A stretch of DNA of 64,000 nucleotides from Felis catus (lineage: Eukaryota). Location of the stretch: contig NC_058368.1 of NCBI RefSeq assembly GCF_018350175.1, positions 28,150,001 to 28,214,000 of the forward strand, given 5' to 3'. Positions 60,842 through 64,000 of this stretch are shown here, one piece after another (position 1 is the stretch's first letter; every line of letters begins with the position of its first letter). The position numbers and the translations under genes were made by a program. The notes under the pieces were generated by a model that did not search any database, was not told where the DNA came from, and saw only the letters and a list, made by a program, of their open reading frames with translations.

Positions 60842-63136
60842 GGGGGGGGGGGGGATGCAGTCATACCTTATAAGCCTCTGAAAACAAAATAGAGGGAGTG
60901 TTGGAATGATGTAAAAATCCCCGTTCTCCCTCTCCCAAAGACCGTACTGGGTTGACATGCCTCTCGGTGGCTTTCTGTATACCTCTGTATGGTAAAATAG
61001 ACCGCATCATATTTACTCCTACCGTTATCTCTGGTTTTACAAAGTATCCTGAGAAATCGTACAGAAAACACCAGCCTGAAACAGGAAGTTAACAGACTCG
61101 GATTCAGATGCTAATCATATGTGTAACATTGGGTGTTACTTACCCTCTCTGAGACTTGTTTCCTCATCTATTTATCTGTAAAACATCAGGATTAATTTTA
61201 AGGTCCTTTTCGACTAATACTTCCTGTGGTTCCTGCCACTTTCCTTTCTTCCCAGAGAAGCAACGTGAATCTCATCTTCTCTAAATGCAGAAGCGGACTT
61301 ATGAGGAAGTAATGAATGAGGCTTAGGATTCAGGGCCACTCTCCTGCACAGGGCCCCTCTTGGCCTCTGTCGGGGGCAGTGTGTATCTTTTTGTAAAATT
61401 TGCCAAAGTAGATATTTGTGTATTCTTTTTCTTAAAGAGGACTTCCACCGCTGTTTAAGGTTCGAGCTCCACAAAACTCTGGCTCTGTCGCCGTACAAGG
61501 ACATATTTCTTGCCAAGGTCAGCAATAAAATACAGAGTTCATGGAAACGAGACAAAATCATCGCGTGACCGTAGAAGAAAAGTCCAGAAGCTAGTTTAAA
61601 AAGCAACCACTCTCAAGTTCCTCTACTTGTCATCTCCCCTTTGGCTTTTCTGCTTTTTTTAGGGCAAGAAACTCCGACCCAGAACAGCAAAATGGCTGAC
61701 CCACATTTACAACCTGAACCGAAATCATAAACTGCATTCCTAGTAATAGGGTACTGTTCTCTGCCCTCATACTAAGGGCACCCAAAACCCTGAAAACATG
61801 GGGTTGATCTAATTTACTAACAAATTGCAAACTGCACGGAGCCACCGGTGAAACTGGATGTAGCCAGTCTCCATCCCTAGAAGGCTGTTTGTCAGTTTTC
61901 ACATTCACCTCGTGTTTTTCTACATCATTTAAAATAGAGTAGCTGGTGGCTGTTTTTCAGGCATGGCAGAGATTATTTTTACTCTCAATTACTGTGACCA
62001 AAATAGCAACTACAGCGCTGGGAATAGAGAATGGGCTGGCATGTATTTAATTGGTTTTCAAGACAGAGTCAGTTTTCATAAAAAATTAGTACTTGTTTTT
62101 TGGGTTTTTTTTTTAATGGTTTTTCCCAGTTGCTTTATACACCTCGAGGCTTGCTCTGCTGGAAGACATCTGCAAATCCCCAGACTCTGGCTTGCCATTG
62201 GGGTGTAACCAGCTGCGGGTGCTCTCCTGCCAGAGTTTCACAAGCCCTCTCAAGGCTTTTAGCATTGGCACCGAAGTCCTGGGACCCTGCTCCTTCAGGG
62301 CTGCACCCAGTCCTGGGAGCCCCCTCTTCTAGGCTGCACCCAATCTGTTTTCCAGCTCCCCTCCTCCTACAGAGCATCAGCAGTGGGGCATTCCATATTC
62401 CCAGAGGAGCCCGTCGCCACGCAATTACTAAAGACCAATTCTGAGTCCAGCGTGGGGGAGCCAGGAGAAGCGTCCTTGGGGGGTTAACTACACACAAACA
62501 TATTTATTCAACTTGTTGGGAATGTAAGCTACTAAGTGCTATTTCACAAGCCACTTATGCAATGGTCGGGCTACTTCCCGAAACTTCTACTGCCAGCAGT
62601 GCGGGTAGGAAAAATCTATCAAGGAAAATTTTCTAAACCAACAGCAATTATCCAAGTATTAACCTCTACATTCCTTTCTCCTTGCAAATCGTTTCTTCCC
62701 CCTATCTTGTCCCCTGATATGCCTCTGGCTTTCTGCTCTGCTTCTACCCATATTCAATATTGTTCTCCAGGGACATTAGTTGTCAAACACGTTGAGCCTT
62801 CATTCAAAAAATATATATATATATATATACTCATCAAGTGACTACCTTCCACCAACACTGTGTTTTGAAGAAGAACCGGTTTCTGCCCTGAGTCTAGTGG
62901 GAGTGCTGGAGGCATAAAACAGCACACAACTGCGTTGTAGTAAATGTCGTGTTGGACAGCAAGGTTCACTGGTGGGTCGTTTACACCTGAATCCGTGCAA
63001 GTGCTTTTGGGGGCTACCTCAGAGGAATGTGCCATGAAGTCATGCCTTACATTTGACTGGAGGAGCTCTGCAGTGATCCAAATACTTCATCTGAAGAAAA
63101 TGTCTACTGCTTTTAACAGAAATGATTAATATCTGG

Positions 63137-63648
63137 TGTCTTGGTTTTCTATTACTGCCATAATACATTAACACAAATCTAGCAGCTTAAAAACAACACT
63201 AATTTATCCCCTGACAGTTGTGTAGGTCAGAAGTTCAGCAGGCTCAGCTAAGACTCTGCTCAGGGTCTCACGAGGTCAAAGTCAGGGTGTCCGTTGGCCT
63301 GGGCTTCTACCTGGAGGCTCTAGGAGAAAACCTGCTTCCAGGATCATTTCAGTTGTTGGCAGAATTGATTTCCTTCTCGTGGTCCTCATGTGGCCCCCTC
63401 TGTCTTCAAGCCCACAACGGTGAGTTGAGTTATTCTCATACTTCACATCCCTCTGCCTTCCTCTTCTGATCTCAAGGATTCATGGGATTACATTGGTTTC
63501 ACCTGTACAATTCAGGATAATTGCCCTACTTTAAGGTCAGCTGATTAGGAACCTTAATTACATATGCAAAATCCCTTCTGCTGTGCAACCACCACAGAAC
63601 TAAGACCAGGGGCAGAGATCATGGACTACCAAAACTCTGCCCACCTCC
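63137..63648 (-). mobile_element. MLT1D/E-like MaLR LTR
   Basis: agcagcttaaaaacaacac...tgtaggtcagaagttcag...ctggaggctctaggagaaaa...tttaaggtcagctgattaggaaccttaattacat. Confidence 0.85.
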
Positions 63649-63789
63649 GTCTACCCTGTGGACCCCCCCAGGGTTCACCCACATGCCAAATACATTCATT
63701 CCATCCCAGTTTCTCCAAAAGTTTTGAAACCAGTAACCGAAGGGTTAACAGGACGAACAAGTACAGCCACAACTTTTTACTCAGACTTT

Positions 63790-63966
63790 TTTTCCATTTG
63801 CCTTCACATCTCCCTTACTCTCCTCGTTCAGGGAGGCAATTTGAGGCTAGCCCTCCTGTCTCCTCCTTTGGCTGCCTCCTGAATAATCCCTTTCCTTGCT
63901 GCATGCTCGATGTCTCAGTGACTGACTTTCTGTGCATCAGGCAGATGAACTTTGGGTTTGGTTATG
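63790..63966 (+). mobile_element. Probable ERVL-class LTR 3' fragment
   Basis: tttgaggctagccctcctgtctcctc...gaataatccctttccttgctgca...tgtctcagtgactgactttctgtgcatcaggcag has U5-like LTR organisation. Family uncertain. Confidence 0.5.
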
Positions 63967-64000
63967 GTTTCAATCTAGTATAGCATCAAAATCCCACCTG

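Noticed and set aside
1..64000. Prokaryotic-type systems (CRISPR arrays, operons, defence islands)
   Set aside because: The sequence is clearly mammalian. There is no regularly spaced repeat-spacer array and no dense ORF organisation.

Overview
Mammalian, felid (cat-like) genomic DNA, judged from young felid-type CAN-SINEs (SINEC_Fc-like) and a felid-type L1 3' end. I find no intact protein-coding exon, tRNA, rRNA or CRISPR array. The window reads as intergenic or deep-intronic sequence rich in repeats: about 18 carnivore SINEs or SINE fragments, several L1s, HAL1, L2, MIR, MaLR/ERVL LTRs, hAT MITEs and microsatellites. Two non-routine elements stand out. (1) A decayed sushi-ichi/PEG10-like Ty3/Gypsy relic, with a Gag-like segment at ~3077-3345 and probable paired LTRs, that was later invaded by an MLT1 LTR, an internally deleted L1 and SINEs. 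(2) A cTAGE5/MIA2-derived processed pseudogene (~14899-16197) with a lost ATG, two compensating frameshifts, a large internal deletion and a probable twin-priming inversion. Several SINE insertions have unusual junctions. Repeat subfamily names and protein similarities come from my recall of consensus sequences, not from searches. Boundaries of old repeats are approximate.
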